DNA of 50,550 nucleotides from the NCBI RefSeq assembly GCF_001194135.2, contig NC_068982.1, positions 19,849,151 to 19,899,700 of the forward strand. Direction: 5' to 3'. Below, piece after piece: positions 48,685 to 50,550 of this stretch. The translations under genes and the position numbers were made by a program. How positions within the stretch are numbered: the first letter of the stretch is position 1; each line of letters starts with the position of its first letter. The notes under the pieces are model-generated. The model was not told the origin of the DNA. It made no database searches and saw nothing but the letters and a program-made list of their open reading frames with translations. The stretch comes from Octopus bimaculoides (Eukaryota).

Positions 48685-48787
48685 TACTTTCAACAGTCCT
48701 CAAATATTACAAGTGGTGTTAGCTGACAACGACCTAATCAATGATTCGGGATTTGAAGTGTACAGATATGTGGATGAAATAGTAATC
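48685..48787 (+). CDS. Coding exon: protease strands between the catalytic His and Asp
   Basis: Strong pyrimidine tract ttttttcttctgctctgctttcag| and donor ATC|gtaagt. Phase 2 entry completes GGT; (G)TFNSPQILQVVLADNDLINDSGFEVYRYVDEIVI matches the typical 'V.LG...L.....E....V..I.I(H)' segment; phase 0 exit. Confidence 0.85.
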
Positions 48788-49163
48788 GTAAGTAATAAGC
48801 TATTTGTCTAAGCTTATTTGGGAAATGATTGTATTTCTCTCTCTCTCTGTTGTATATTCTTTCTTTGCTACTTGTTCCAATCATTGGATTGCAGTCATGC
48901 TGAAGCAATGCCTGGAAGAGTCTGGGGAAATTAAATCAACCCCAGTACTTCCTTTTAAGCCTGATTCTTATAGTATCATCTCTTTGATTTGGAACGCTAC
49001 AGGATGCAGGGTGTAAACAAATCAACACCAATGGTCAACGAGTGATGGGGACGAGCATCAACACAAAGACACATACACACACACTCAAACACACACACAA
49101 ACACACACACACAAACAGACACACACACACACAAACACACATACACACACACATACCTACCTA

Positions 49164-49209
<46 letters not shown>

Positions 49210-49554
49210 CAATGTATAGGTATCACGTACATTTTGATACCTATATATTGGTTGACTTTCTTCGTCTATAATAGTTTTCTTTTTATGTATGGTTTGAAAT
49301 ACTTGTGTAACTCATCTGCTTATTTGACTGAGTGTGTATTTGCATTTAAGCTGCATACAGATTATTTTGAATGTTCGGTATGTGTCCATCATCATCATCA
49401 TCATCATCGTCATTGTCATCACCTAGACCTTTTTGACTAACTCACTACCTGTTGAAATGGGCATTTTGCTGGGAAAGCATTGGAAGAAATGGCTGTCAGA
49501 AAACCTCTGAGAATCTACCCACAAATGTGTCATTAATATTAATCTGTTAAATAA

Positions 49555-49930
49555 AGTGGCAAGTTGGCAGAATCATAACCACTCCAGAAAAAATGCTTAG
49601 CAGCCTTTTGTCTGTTTTTACATTTTGAGTTCAAATTCTGTCAAGATCATCTTTGCTTTTCATTCTTTCAGAGATGATAAAATAAGCTCCTCCTCCAAAA
49701 TTGCTGGTCTTGTACCAAAATTTGAAACCAAAATTAATCTTTTAAAAAGCAACAGAAATGTTAGCATACCAAACTAAATGCTTATTGGAGTTTCTTCCAG
49801 GTTTGCGTTCCAACTTCAAATTCCACCAAGGTTGACATTTCCTTTCATTCTTTTGGGATTGATAAAATGAGCACCATTCGAGCACTCAGTCAATGTAATT
49901 GTCTTATCCCTCCTCCAAAGTTTCAGGCCT
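49555..49930 (+). mobile_element. Two CpG-decayed S2 SINE copies
   Basis: AAGTGGCAAGTTGGCAGAATCATAACCACTCCAG against consensus AAGGCGGCGAGCTGGCAGAATCGTTAGCACGCCGG. Confidence 0.75.
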
Positions 49931-50184
49931 TGTGCTTGTAGTAGAAAGTATATTAATCTATAAAATATTCTTTACCTGCATTTCACTACTATGATGTTTA
50001 TAAATGATTCTCTGTTTAAAAATATACAACACTGTACTTCACTGGTAGAAAGAGAATTAAAATAAGAATATCAGGTACTATAATGGAAGAGAGGAGGAAT
50101 TTCTACTCTTGATACCATAGCTATCCAAAGATGTATGTGATATCATCCATATTGGCTAACTTCAAGCCTATATAAAGGGTAAGA

Positions 50185-50515
50185 ACTCCCTTTGGTCATG
50201 GATGACCATGGGATTGCACCTAGAAAGTTACTCTCTAAGGCACAAGCCTGGGCTAAGTTGTTTCTGAAAGACCAGCAGTTGCCCATGCATACAAGCTTCC
50301 TCTCTCCAAATCACCAATGTTATAGAAGGGAAAGGCAAAGGCCAATATAGCTTGGCACCAGTGACGTCGCAACTCATTTCTACAGCTGAGTGAACTGGAG
50401 CAACGTGAAATAAAGTGTCTTGCTCAAAAACACAACACACAGCCTGATCTAGGATCAAACTCACTGCTTCATGATTGTGAGCCTGATGTTCTAACCACTG
50501 AGCCATATGCCTTCA
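50185..50515 (-). mobile_element. S3 SINE, near full length
   Basis: Same family as 22095-22327 (CAGCTGAGTGAACTGGAGCAACGTGAAATAAAGTGTCTTGCTCAA). Confidence 0.85.
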
Positions 50516-50550
50516 TGTGCATATATAATTATATATATATATATATATAT

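Noticed and set aside
48788-50550. Search for the next protease exon (phase 0, H..Y...DIAL)
   Set aside because: No acceptor followed by a suitable frame. HPYW at about 50144 and FINDS at about 49997 lack an AG and hit stops, so the exon probably lies beyond the window.

Overview
AT-rich animal genomic DNA with 13 N-gaps, almost all abutting microsatellites. The repeat landscape (tRNA-derived SINEs interleaved with TA/TG/TATG/AAT microsatellites) suggests an octopus genome; this is an inference, not a database match. The only host gene I can support is on the + strand, and the ORF track caught just one of its three coding exons: 25207-25929 (signal peptide, six-Cys peritrophin-A/CBM14 chitin-binding domain, Thr-rich linker, Asp/Tyr-rich acidic tract), 36450-36621 (SCG...F|IIGG, WPWQVSL, CGG, TAAHC of a chymotrypsin-fold S1 protease) and 48685-48787. 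Splice phases match (1, 2, 0); the catalytic Asp and Ser exons were not found and probably lie beyond the window. The rest is repeats: SINEs, relics of mariner, Tigger/pogo, maT-like, L2/CR1-group, RTE, R4/Dong-like and Penelope-like elements, and several MITE-like foldbacks. The most unusual signals are (i) a tRNA-headed, head-to-head palindromic element at three loci whose arms carry a minimal type I hammerhead ribozyme motif, with a 12-bp target-site duplication at one locus, (ii) two more hammerhead-like motif families, and (iii) a sharp CpG-depletion boundary near 44.2 kb inside the protease gene. All alignments, counts and folds were done by eye.
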